64,000 nt of DNA from Candidatus Poribacteria bacterium (GCA_965198235.1 OZ240248.1:3200001-3264000); one strand, 5' to 3'. Positions 49,306 through 58,371 are shown, counted from the stretch's first letter. Numbers and translations are program-made. Notes: generated from the sequence alone by a model not told the origin.

Positions 49306-49378
49306 TCCCCCATAGCTCAGTTGGTAGAGCAGATGGCTGTTAACCATCGTGTCGGCGGTTCGAGTCCGTCTGGGGGAG
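49306..49378 (+). tRNA. tRNA-Asn (GTT), CCA not encoded
   Basis: Acceptor TCCCCCA/TGGGGGA, D-arm AGCTCAGTTGGTAGAGC, anticodon arm GATGG-CTGTTAA-CCATC, T-loop GGTTCGAGTCC, discriminator G. Confidence 0.97.
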
Positions 49379-49492
49379 CTCTCAATTTTGCTGACGGGCT
49401 TTGCCACTCATTTTGGTTGCCAAGGTTCGTCAGCAAAAATTTTTAATCTATTCCTGTCCAAACTTGCTCCACTTCTCCAATGGAGGTTTCAG

Positions 49493-50317
49493 ATGCCTAA
49501 AAAATTTACCGATGCACAGCTTGATGAACTCTTAGCGAAAGGCTATTTAATTGTACCCGACTACTATTCAGGTGAACAACTTGCGGAGATGCAAGCTGCC
49601 CAACGCCGTGTGCTCCCGACATGGGAAGAAGTTAAGGATGACCCACCACCCGGTAGAGCGACTTTGACCGAATTTCCGCCCGCTGAAATGGCTTTATTAC
49701 GTGCGATCGTGGACCACGATGCATGGGAATTCGCACGTAAATTTCTGAAAACGCGGCATATTCACTACCGTGCTGGGTGTATGATTGTACGCTATCCCGG
49801 ATTTAAAGGCCCGGGTGTCCGTAGCGACCCCAGCAATTTGCACATTGATAACGGCAACAACTCACTGTTACCACAGTCCGAGTCCGCCCCTGAATTCGGA
49901 CAACTCGGCTTTTGGGTACACCTTGAAGATGTTGACGAAGACCAAGCACCGCTTAGACTCCTTGCTAAGGGACACGGACGGGATACCTCTAAATACGAGC
50001 CCCTTGTTTGTAAAGGTGGGACCCTCTGTATCTTCAACAACTATACATTGCATTCAGCAAGCGATTACCTGGGGGAAGACGGGCAACGCTTCACGTGGGG
50101 ATTCGGTTTAGGACGGGCAGACCACTATTGGGAAGGTTTTCGGCACTACACAGACAAAGGTCGGAATGCAACCTTCTCAAAATTCATCGGCACGCTGACA
50201 GCGGCAGAGCGCGAGGTTTTTCGGTTCCCACCTGCTGGGCATCCGTACTACACACCGCAAACGCTTCAGGCGTTGGAAGAACAGTATCCCGGTTGGAATG
50301 CCCGCGGCGAGTATTGA
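49493..50317 (+). CDS. PhyH-like 2OG-Fe(II) dioxygenase
   Basis: KGYLIVPDY, LHID, LHSAS, R; true start after GGAGG at 49493 (the longer ORF overlaps the tRNA). Confidence 0.82.
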   Translation: MPKKFTDAQLDELLAKGYLIVPDYYSGEQLAEMQAAQRRVLPTWEEVKDDPPPGRATLTEFPPAEMALLRAIVDHDAWEFARKFLKTRHIHYRAGCMIVRYPGFKGPGVRSDPSNLHIDNGNNSLLPQSESAPEFGQLGFWVHLEDVDEDQAPLRLLAKGHGRDTSKYEPLVCKGGTLCIFNNYTLHSASDYLGEDGQRFTWGFGLGRADHYWEGFRHYTDKGRNATFSKFIGTLTAAEREVFRFPPAGHPYYTPQTLQALEEQYPGWNARGEY

Positions 50318-50347
50318 TAACACATGATCCTATTGCCAAACAGCGCG

Positions 50348-51982
50348 TTAGAAAGCGGTTTTTCGGAGCGGTTCGGACATCAACCAGCTGATTACGTTGA
50401 CGATATCGTCCTGCCGTTCCTGTAGCATCACTTCGATGAGTGCAGGTTTTTCTGCCGCGAGTGCGTCCCGCAAAGTATCCTTGAAATCTCCCAAATCCTC
50501 GACCCGCTTGGCATACGCACCGAATGATTTTGCGAATTCAACAAAATTCGGATTAAGCAGGTCTGTGTCGATTGTGCGTCCCTCACACCCCTGCTGTTGA
50601 GACCCTTTAATCGCTGACAATGCCCCGTCATTCACCACGATTGCCACGACGTTGATACCGTATTTCATAGCGGTCGCCATTTCCACAGCTCCCATCAGAA
50701 ATCCGCCGTCGCCGCTGAAGCAGATAACAGGTCGATCGGGATGAGCGACCTTCGCGCCGATCGCCGCAGGATACGCATGTCCTAATGCTACACCGATATT
50801 CGGATAGAGGAACGTCCTCGGATCGTAGATAGGAAATTCAGCGAAGGAGGCATAGCCGAGGGCATGGACATCAATCGCGTAGATGGTGTCTCGTGGGAGT
50901 ACATCTTGTAGTTCGTGAATGACCGGCAACGGAGGCTGTGCATCGAATTGTGTTCGGAGTTGCGCCAGGGTCTCGTTCCACCCGTTTTCACCCGGCGCAA
51001 CGTCCTCAATAAGTGCCTGCAGCGTCAGTTTCAAATCCCCGACGACACCTATGTCGCACGGATATTCAAGCCCGATTTCGCCCGCGTCTTCATCAATTTG
51101 GATGAAGGGTTGGGGTAGTTCCAGACTCCAATTTCGGGTATCGATAGAGGTAAAACGCGGTCCGATACCGATTAAACAATCAGCACGTTGGAGTGCCTCG
51201 CGTCCGAGATAACCGTAGCAAATTTGGAGTGCCAACGGATGGTCCTCCGACAAAACGCCTTTTGCATTACGGGTGACGATGACAGGTGCATTCAGCTTCT
51301 CGGCGAGGAGACGTAACTCGTTTCGGGCATTTGAATGAAAGACAGCGGAACCGGCGAAAATCAGGGGCATCTTGGCGTTGCGAATCGTTTCGACTGCGGT
51401 ACTCAGAGATGTATCGTCAGGTGGAGATAATTCGGCACGCTCGACACGCGACGGAATCCGGACATCTCCTTCTCCAGTGACAACATCCATCGGGAATTCC
51501 AGCACAGTAGGTCCCGGTCTCCCGTTGCGCATCGCTTTAAAGGCGTTTTCAACGACGACGGGAATCTCAGCGACAGTGTGTGCGATGGCGCAGTACTTCG
51601 TAAGCGACTCGAAAAACCGCATCTGATCCAAACCGTGGAACATTTTGCTTGGATGTTTGCTGTAGAGGCTGGAATCGCTCTGTCCCGTAATCAGCAGAAC
51701 CGGTGCGCAATCGGTGAACGCCTCTAAAATTCCGGTTGACGCGTTGCTGGCACCCGGTCCCGGCACAGTGATAGCGACACCGACTTCCCCTGTTGCGCGA
51801 GCGAAACCGTCTGCCATCTGCGTCGCTGCATATTCATGCCGGACAAGGTAGTGATCGATTGTGCCTTTACCGCGTCGCAGCAGCGCATCGTAGATTTGGA
51901 TGTTTTGGGTGCCGGGCATCCCGAAAACCGCCGAAACTCCCTGTGCTTTCAAGCATTCAATGATTATATCTCCGCCTTTCAC
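50348..51982 (-). CDS. Thiamine-pyrophosphate-binding enzyme (acetolactate synthase-like)
   Basis: VFGMPG, RHE, GPGASN, GDGGF...VVND TPP motif. Confidence 0.9.
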   Translation of the reverse strand: MKGGDIIIECLKAQGVSAVFGMPGTQNIQIYDALLRRGKGTIDHYLVRHEYAATQMADGFARATGEVGVAITVPGPGASNASTGILEAFTDCAPVLLITGQSDSSLYSKHPSKMFHGLDQMRFFESLTKYCAIAHTVAEIPVVVENAFKAMRNGRPGPTVLEFPMDVVTGEGDVRIPSRVERAELSPPDDTSLSTAVETIRNAKMPLIFAGSAVFHSNARNELRLLAEKLNAPVIVTRNAKGVLSEDHPLALQICYGYLGREALQRADCLIGIGPRFTSIDTRNWSLELPQPFIQIDEDAGEIGLEYPCDIGVVGDLKLTLQALIEDVAPGENGWNETLAQLRTQFDAQPPLPVIHELQDVLPRDTIYAIDVHALGYASFAEFPIYDPRTFLYPNIGVALGHAYPAAIGAKVAHPDRPVICFSGDGGFLMGAVEMATAMKYGINVVAIVVNDGALSAIKGSQQQGCEGRTIDTDLLNPNFVEFAKSFGAYAKRVEDLGDFKDTLRDALAAEKPALIEVMLQERQDDIVNVISWLMSEPLRKTAF

Positions 51983-52236
51983 GTATTAGTCTCCTTTGTG
52001 TTCTCTGAGGAAATTTTCTAACCACGCATCGGGATCATACCCCAGTCGGCGTAATAGTTGGCAACCGACACGTTTTAGAAAATTTGGGATAAGATTAAAG
52101 AGTTTAAGTCGCCAATTCATAATTGCTAAAATATACGAAAGTTTGAACAATTCGTGTTGTGTGCAAGTCACATTTTCAAGGGGTTATGTATTTTTCTGCG
52201 AGTTTCTTATGCGGATGGAAATCGTAGAAAAATACT

Positions 52237-52386
52237 GCACTCCAGCGGAGTGCTATGTCTATAGAAAACCAATGCCCAAGAGCCCGCACTCCAGCGGAGT
52301 GCTATGTGTAATGCCCCACATACCGCTCCGCTGGAGCGGAAGTCTCGGTACATTTTGCTGCTATAGACATGTTGCTCCGCTGGAGC
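52237..52386. repeat. Four REP-like hairpins arranged direct-direct-inverted-inverted
   Basis: GCACTCCAGCGGAGTGC at 52237 and 52286; GCTCCGCTGGAGC at 52325 and 52374; both pairs spaced 49 nt. Confidence 0.85.
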
Positions 52387-52496
52387 AAAGAGGTTTTCTG
52401 TAGCGTGTTGGGTCCTAAGTTTGTTGCCTTGAACATATCTGATGAATCCATTTCTTGTATTGAACTCACCTTAGAAAAAAATTGCCCAAACTTTAG

Positions 52497-52717
52497 CAGG
52501 ACTTACGCAAATTGCCTGGAAAAGCAATATATTTCGTCAAAAAAGTTGTTATTTCAGTGATTTAACCCCCTAAAGAATCAGAATCAACGGTATGAAGCCC
52601 ATATGGGCTTCCCCGGGTATGAATGCGAATCAACGGTATGAATGCCGTATGGCATTCCCCGTATGGCATTCCCCGCCCCTTATCAGGGGGACTTTAAGAG
52701 GAAGTGCGTAAGTCCTA
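52497..52717. mobile_element. MITE family A copy with nested insertions
   Basis: CAGGACTTACGCAAATTGC ... TGCGTAAGTCCTA; same internal CCCCCTAAA..CCCCTTATCAGGGGGAC cassette as 16065. Confidence 0.78.
52575..52675 (+). mobile_element. Three nested copies of a 35-nt hairpin micro-element
   Basis: Intact units at 52581-52615 and 52627-52661; a split third unit spans 52575-52675. Confidence 0.8.
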
Positions 52718-52748
52718 TTTAATAAAATATCAGGATTACAAATCCCTC

Positions 52749-53876
52749 CTACAAAAAAGCCTTGCCTGTGGTTTTATCGAAAAAGTGCATCCGTTCTGGA
52801 ACAAATGTGACGTAAAGGTGCTGTCCAATTTCCGCTTCAAAGTTGGGGGCTGTGCATGCTTTAAGAATCGTATGCGTGCCGGATGTATCCGTTCCGAGGG
52901 TCAGTTCGACGATTGTTTCTGCACCGAGGGGTTCACTGCTATAGACTTCAGCCTGAAAAGCATTGGGTATCGACTGATGACTGACAATAACATCCTCAGC
53001 GTGCGTGCCGAGGATAAAATCTTTGTCTGGATCGTTGTCGTTTACAGTTTTAGCGATCTTGGAGTCCTGAATTGCGACTGAATTGTCTCCGCTGAGATTG
53101 CTCGCTAATGTCAGATGGAGTTCCCCGTTAGTGCTGGAGATGTCGCACGGGATGCAATTCATACTCGGATTACCAATGAAACCAGCGACGAATAGGTTAA
53201 CGGGGTGATTATAGATGTCAGCGGGGGTTCCCATTTGCTGGATTCTGCCTGCTTCGAGGACAGCGATCCTGTCTGCCATTGACATCGCTTCGATCTGGTC
53301 ATGTGTCACATAGAAGGTGGTTGTACCGAGTTCACGTTGCCGCCAACGGATTTCCGCACGCATCTCGGCCCGAAGTTTCGCATCGAGATTGGAGATCGGT
53401 TCGTCCATAAGGAATACTTGGGGACGACGGACCATTGCGCGTCCGAGTCCGACGCGCTGCGTCTCACCGCCGCTCAACTGGTTCGGTGTCCGCATAAGCA
53501 GATGCTCGATGTGAAGCATCTGTGCAATATCTCTGACACGTCGGTCAATCTCCTCAGCGGAGAGTTTTCTTGGATGCAGGGGGAACGCCATGTTCTCGTA
53601 AACGCTTAGATGTGGATAGAGGATATGCGACTGGAAGACAAAAGCCACATCGCGTTCGGCGGGAGTCTTGTCGTTAACACTAACATCGTCCAGATAGATA
53701 GTGCCTTCTTCGGGTTTATCCAATCCAGCGATACAACGAAGCGTGGTCGTTTTTCCCGCACCTGTCTGACCGAGAAGCACAAAGAATTCCTCGTCTTGGA
53801 TATCGAGGTTGATGTCGTTGAGTGCGATGAGATCGCCAAACCGTTTTGTAATGTTTTCGAGTCGGACTGTTGCCAT
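52749..53876 (-). CDS. ABC transporter ATP-binding protein (MalK/UgpC-like)
   Basis: GQTGAGKT, LSGGE, LMDEP, VTHDQ, TOBE C-terminus. Confidence 0.92.
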   Translation of the reverse strand: MATVRLENITKRFGDLIALNDINLDIQDEEFFVLLGQTGAGKTTTLRCIAGLDKPEEGTIYLDDVSVNDKTPAERDVAFVFQSHILYPHLSVYENMAFPLHPRKLSAEEIDRRVRDIAQMLHIEHLLMRTPNQLSGGETQRVGLGRAMVRRPQVFLMDEPISNLDAKLRAEMRAEIRWRQRELGTTTFYVTHDQIEAMSMADRIAVLEAGRIQQMGTPADIYNHPVNLFVAGFIGNPSMNCIPCDISSTNGELHLTLASNLSGDNSVAIQDSKIAKTVNDNDPDKDFILGTHAEDVIVSHQSIPNAFQAEVYSSEPLGAETIVELTLGTDTSGTHTILKACTAPNFEAEIGQHLYVTFVPERMHFFDKTTGKAFL

Positions 53877-53975
53877 AGGTAATTCTACGATTCTGTGTTG
53901 TGAGTATTGCGATAGTATAGCACAAATCGCGTTCAGGGGTCAACAAGAATTGGTTATCGGCTATCAGCGGTCCAT

Positions 53976-54080
53976 CGTCTGAATCAGGATTTGCAGGTTT
54001 CTTCGATCTTTGCAGGATTAGAGACGCTATGATTCGTCTGAATCGCGGAGTGTCTCGGATGCCGCGGATTTCGCGGATTT
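53976..54080 (+). repeat. Two GTCTGAATC-led short tandem 9-mer repeat blocks
   Basis: GTCTGAATCAGGATTTGCAGG... and GTCTGAATCGCGGA...CGCGGATTTCGCGGATTT; similar block at about 18225. Confidence 0.5.
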
Positions 54081-54247
54081 GTCTTGAGTCGTGTAATGTC
54101 TTTAGCACCGTAGGTGCGGCATTTCTGTAGAAAGACGCATACCAAAAAAGCCAGGTTTCCCCAGCGGGGCGAAATATATGTGGCTTTCTCCCAAGCAAAA
54201 ACACTCGCTCCTACAAGGGACTTCCATCCTTCCACTCCCGCTTCCCC

Positions 54248-56083
54248 TCACTTCATCCGTTTGATGTCTGCCCAGGTCGTCGTCAACCGATTTTTTGGGG
54301 TGACCGGCTTCCCATCGACAAGCCCCATCAACGCCTCGGAAACAACATCCGCCAACGGCAAACCATCCCCAAGAATCTCCGAATTCTCCTGAGACCGATA
54401 GAAACCGAGGATCGTTCCGTTCTTCTCATCCAATAGCACGGAGCCTTCCGAGACGCTATTCGCAGGTCCACACGTATGCTGATAGAGGTCAACCGCTCCT
54501 AACCCCGCATGCGGCACGGAGACACACCTCCGCACCCGAAGCGGAAGATTCAACGCATTATCCCGGTCTTCTCCTTTCAGCATAATATCTAATCCAAACT
54601 TATACGTCAACAACTCCACATCCGTCTCCCTTAGATTTGAATACGACGACAACGCAAGCGGCGCATATCCCGAAAAGTCTACATCTCGGATCGCCAAAAG
54701 CACACTCCCTGTCTGTCCGTTCGTGCCCGCAAAGGACGCGACCTCCCTAACGTTGACAGCCTCGGCAACCAATCCGTCATAACCTATTAGAGAGATGTCA
54801 TCTCCGTCGAGGAACTTCTCTATGCCATCTTCTGCTTGTTGCTGTGCGACGAACAACGCATCGCCACCCAGCACCGTGCCGAGATACCCAACGTGGAAAA
54901 GCCGCGGGGTGTCGGAACCCGGCAGAAGCAGATAAAACACAGAGCGATAATTCGCAATCGAGGTGGCATCTATTTTTCTCCAAACGTCTTCACGCGGTGC
55001 CTGCGTCAGCAGCAATTCTACGATATCCTTGTGTTTCTGTGTCGATGCTTCCTTTAGGGGTGCGTTGCCACCCACACCCCTGATATTCACATCAACCGAT
55101 TTGTGCTTCAGAAGCCGTTCAGTGAGTTTGTAATATCCACGCTTCGCCGCCCAGAACAACGCCGTCGAACCGTGCGCGTCCCGAGCGGTGACATCCGTCT
55201 TCTCGTCCTCATCAATTACTGTAGTGGCAAGCCATTCGTTTCCATGTTTGATTTCAAAAATAAGCGGAGACTTAGGCCGACACCCATCAGGAGATGTCTC
55301 CAACTCATAATCAGGGAAGATACAATCCTCTAATGGGAGATTTTCGTGATAGAATTTGTAGAGCCAGACGATACCGTTGGCATCGTCCTCAGTTACCCGT
55401 GTGGGGACAGGGTGTATAACGCCGAGACCCGACATAACCGAAGCGGGTTGATGACCGATCGTCCTCGCCAAGCCACCCCTGCTCACTCTGAGTTCTTCCG
55501 CCTCTCGCCTCAGTATTATATACGTGTCCAGCAAACCGAAGGAGTGACCGAGCTCATGTAGGAGTTCGCCTGCAAAGCGAAGAGTTACTTCCGTGCCTTT
55601 GCGCATTTTGATTAATGGTGGGATATCTTCATCTGCTTGTGTCAATGCAGATGATTTTTCAAAGTTACAGAAGAAATGGATTATCAGATCATATAACTTG
55701 AGATCAGCATCATCTTTGATGACAAGGTTCGGCACAAAACGGAAATCATCGACGACGGGTTTGCCGGTGTTCAAGTCCTTGACGGGTTGCAACCACGCCC
55801 GCAACGCCGTCTTGATGGTCTCCTCTATCGCCGCACCGTTGTTTCTCGCCTCCGGCGGACAGACACCCGCAGGTTCACCCCATTCAGGACCGGCGTATGC
55901 ATAGCCAATCACCCACTGATCCTTATGCACCCGACGGATCAGGCTGTTCACCTTTCTTTTAAGATGTCCTGGAATCCGATGGTCCCCTGCAATAAAACCG
56001 TCTGCAACAGGGAGCAGGTTCACCGATAGCCATACCATCACGATAAGCGTCAAGAAAAGGCGTGTTGTTTTCAGAAGTCGCAT
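54248..56083 (-). CDS. Secreted metzincin-like protease plus ankyrin repeats plus degenerate trypsin-like domain
   Basis: Signal peptide; HELGHSFGLLD and SVM Met-turn; GSTALFWAA and GNAPLKEAS ankyrin units; tail VTPKNRLTTTWADIK. Confidence 0.72.
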   Translation of the reverse strand: MRLLKTTRLFLTLIVMVWLSVNLLPVADGFIAGDHRIPGHLKRKVNSLIRRVHKDQWVIGYAYAGPEWGEPAGVCPPEARNNGAAIEETIKTALRAWLQPVKDLNTGKPVVDDFRFVPNLVIKDDADLKLYDLIIHFFCNFEKSSALTQADEDIPPLIKMRKGTEVTLRFAGELLHELGHSFGLLDTYIILRREAEELRVSRGGLARTIGHQPASVMSGLGVIHPVPTRVTEDDANGIVWLYKFYHENLPLEDCIFPDYELETSPDGCRPKSPLIFEIKHGNEWLATTVIDEDEKTDVTARDAHGSTALFWAAKRGYYKLTERLLKHKSVDVNIRGVGGNAPLKEASTQKHKDIVELLLTQAPREDVWRKIDATSIANYRSVFYLLLPGSDTPRLFHVGYLGTVLGGDALFVAQQQAEDGIEKFLDGDDISLIGYDGLVAEAVNVREVASFAGTNGQTGSVLLAIRDVDFSGYAPLALSSYSNLRETDVELLTYKFGLDIMLKGEDRDNALNLPLRVRRCVSVPHAGLGAVDLYQHTCGPANSVSEGSVLLDEKNGTILGFYRSQENSEILGDGLPLADVVSEALMGLVDGKPVTPKNRLTTTWADIKRMK

Positions 56084-56231
56084 CTGTTGTTTTCCCCTAC
56101 GGGTAATTATCGTGAATTATCAAAATATGTAAATATATTGTAGGGGCAACCCTTGTGGCTGCCCTCCTTGTGGCTGTGCGTAAAGTTTATAGGTGGGAAT
56201 AATAACAGATTTAAACAAAAAGTCAAGGGAA

Positions 56232-56316
56232 TAGCGGTCAGCAATCAGCGGTCAGCAGTCAGAAGAATGGCAGTCAGCAATCAGCCATCAGCAAGAATAG
56301 CAATCAGCAGTCAGAA
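56232..56316 (+). repeat. Heptamer tandem repeats (TCAGC[A/G]N), STRR-like
   Basis: GCGGTCA GCAATCA GCGGTCA GCAGTCA ...; related short arrays near 60, 1475, 8780, 10690 and 53955. Confidence 0.7.
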
Positions 56317-56501
56317 GTCGGGATTCGGAGATCCCTCCTACGGAAGATAGCGGGCAGGCGTCGGGATTTGGGGTGTTTTTGCTTGGGTATTTCCCCCCTC
56401 CTACAGAAAAAATGTATGCAATTCGGCGGCGTATAGGGTATAATTAACAAAAAGTTTCCAAGTTTACGCTATTGCAGGCACAGCAAAGGTTGGAGAAAAA
56501 G

Positions 56502-58301
56502 ATGCTGGATCGCCCAGAGGCAGAACAGAGCACACATAGAAGTCCGTCTTTATTGGACAAAATTAGACGACAATACGATTTAACCCCATCAATCACACTG
56601 ATTTTCGGGTTGACGGTCCTCTTCTTTCTTGTCTTTCTCATCTATCCACTCCTCTATGTTTTCAAGGAAGCCTTCTGGATTGAAAGCAAATTCAATCTCA
56701 CATATTTCAAGTTGATAGTAACCGATCCAAATATCCGGGAACTCGTTATCAATAGTTTCAAGATCGGTGTAATGGTGACGCTGGTGACGAGCATCATCAG
56801 CCTGCCACTGGCGTATTTTTTGACCCGATACCGGTATCCAGGGCGCGACATGCTACGTGCTGTCATCCTGATTCCGATGATTATGCCACCCTTCGTCGGC
56901 GCGATTGGCATGAAACAGTTTTTCGGGTTATACGGTAGCGTCAATATGCTTCTCGAGAAACTGAACCTGATGGATCTCACGGAACCTATTGACTGGTTCG
57001 GCGGTGGATTCTGGGGTGTGGTGATGTTATCAACATTGCACTTATATCCGATCATGTATCTTAACATCGTCGCTGCACTCGCAAATGTCGATCCGAGTTT
57101 AGAGGAAGCCGCGGAGAATATGGGGGCATCACGGTTCCAAGTCTTCCGTCAGATAACATTGCCGTTGATGATGCCCGGTTATTTCGCCGGTGCGATTCTC
57201 GTCTTTATCTGGGCGTTTACGGATCTCGGTACACCCCTGATTTTTGAATACCGTAACGTCGTTTCGGTGCGGATCTTCAACCAAGTGACTGAGGCGAACA
57301 CCAATCCGATGGGTTACGCCCTTGTTGTGCTAATTGTTGTGCTAACGGCACTGGCTTTCTATGTTTCCAAACGGTGGACAGGGAGTAAACACTATGAGAT
57401 GCTCGGCAGGGGACACGTGACTTCGCGTGAAACGGATACAAACTGGGGCATGCGGGGTGTCATCTACCTCTTTATCGGCGGGTTGACCCTTACGGCGTTG
57501 TTGCCACACATTAGTGTCATCCTTGTCTCCTTGACACCGGATGCAAGTCAATGGCGATTGAGTGTACTACCGCAATCATGGACCTTCGCACATTATGTTG
57601 AGACTTTCACGCATTCCGATACACTACCGAGTATCCTCAACAGTTTGAAATACAGCGTTTTCAGCACGTTGTTGGCACTTGTTGTGGGGATTGTGGTGTC
57701 GTATTTGTTGACACGTAAACGTCTCCCGTTTCAAAATCTATTGGATGCCGTTGCAATGTTACCCTTAGCGTTACCGGGGGTGGCGATTGCGTTTGGGTAT
57801 CTCGGTAGTTTCGCGGATACGACGCTTCTCCTGCGGTATTTCCCGGATGGGTTCGTTTCTGTTATAGATCCGAGACAGAATCCGACGTTCCTTCTGATTA
57901 TCAGTTATGCGGTGCGGCGATTACCGTATATGTTGCGTTCCATTTATGCTGGACTCCAACAGACAAGTGTGACGTACGAAGAAGCGTCGCAAAACGTGGG
58001 AGCGACACCGATTCGGACTTTGTATAAAATCACCTTACCTTTAGTCATCGCGAATATCCTTGCCGGTGCGATTCTCGTGTTCTCGTTCTCTATGCTTGAA
58101 GTCAGTGATAGTTTAATCTTGGCAATGAAAGATCAGCACTATCCGATTACAAAAGCGATTTGGTCACTCTCCCAGCGTCCAGACCACGGTCCATATACGG
58201 CAAGCGCATTGGGTGTGGTCGGTATGTTAATCCTGATAGCGTGTCTACTTGGCGCAGGGCGTGTGCTTGGTGGGAAGTTGGGCGAAATTTTCCGAATTTA
58301 G
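56502..58301 (+). CDS. Fe(III)/thiamine-type ABC permease (FbpB-like), no cognate SBP adjacent
   Basis: PMIMPPFVGA, LEEAAENMGA, YEEASQNVGA. Confidence 0.87.
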   Translation: MLDRPEAEQSTHRSPSLLDKIRRQYDLTPSITLIFGLTVLFFLVFLIYPLLYVFKEAFWIESKFNLTYFKLIVTDPNIRELVINSFKIGVMVTLVTSIISLPLAYFLTRYRYPGRDMLRAVILIPMIMPPFVGAIGMKQFFGLYGSVNMLLEKLNLMDLTEPIDWFGGGFWGVVMLSTLHLYPIMYLNIVAALANVDPSLEEAAENMGASRFQVFRQITLPLMMPGYFAGAILVFIWAFTDLGTPLIFEYRNVVSVRIFNQVTEANTNPMGYALVVLIVVLTALAFYVSKRWTGSKHYEMLGRGHVTSRETDTNWGMRGVIYLFIGGLTLTALLPHISVILVSLTPDASQWRLSVLPQSWTFAHYVETFTHSDTLPSILNSLKYSVFSTLLALVVGIVVSYLLTRKRLPFQNLLDAVAMLPLALPGVAIAFGYLGSFADTTLLLRYFPDGFVSVIDPRQNPTFLLIISYAVRRLPYMLRSIYAGLQQTSVTYEEASQNVGATPIRTLYKITLPLVIANILAGAILVFSFSMLEVSDSLILAMKDQHYPITKAIWSLSQRPDHGPYTASALGVVGMLILIACLLGAGRVLGGKLGEIFRI

Positions 58302-58371
58302 GAGCAAATCGCTTCGGTTTCGGTCCGGGAATGGACTAAAAACTTTTACACTCGGAAAGAGAAGAAATATT

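Noticed and set aside
49306-49378. tRNA as integration site of a genomic island
   Set aside because: No integrase and no repeated tRNA fragment found in the window
49349-49492. N-terminal extension of the PhyH ORF
   Set aside because: Overlaps tRNA-Asn and its trailer hairpin; a GGAGG RBS supports the start at 49493
52237-52386. Repeat-spacer-repeat pattern as a CRISPR array (also 45833-45909)
   Set aside because: Only two direct copies per locus, inverted copies present, short spacers and no cas genes; fits REP-like elements
51986-52560. Short ORFs in repeat-rich intergenic DNA (also 18185-18379, 25904-26164, 45746-45931, 53716-54235, 56153-56350)
   Set aside because: They are translations of REP, MITE or heptamer sequence, with no convincing RBS or protein-like composition
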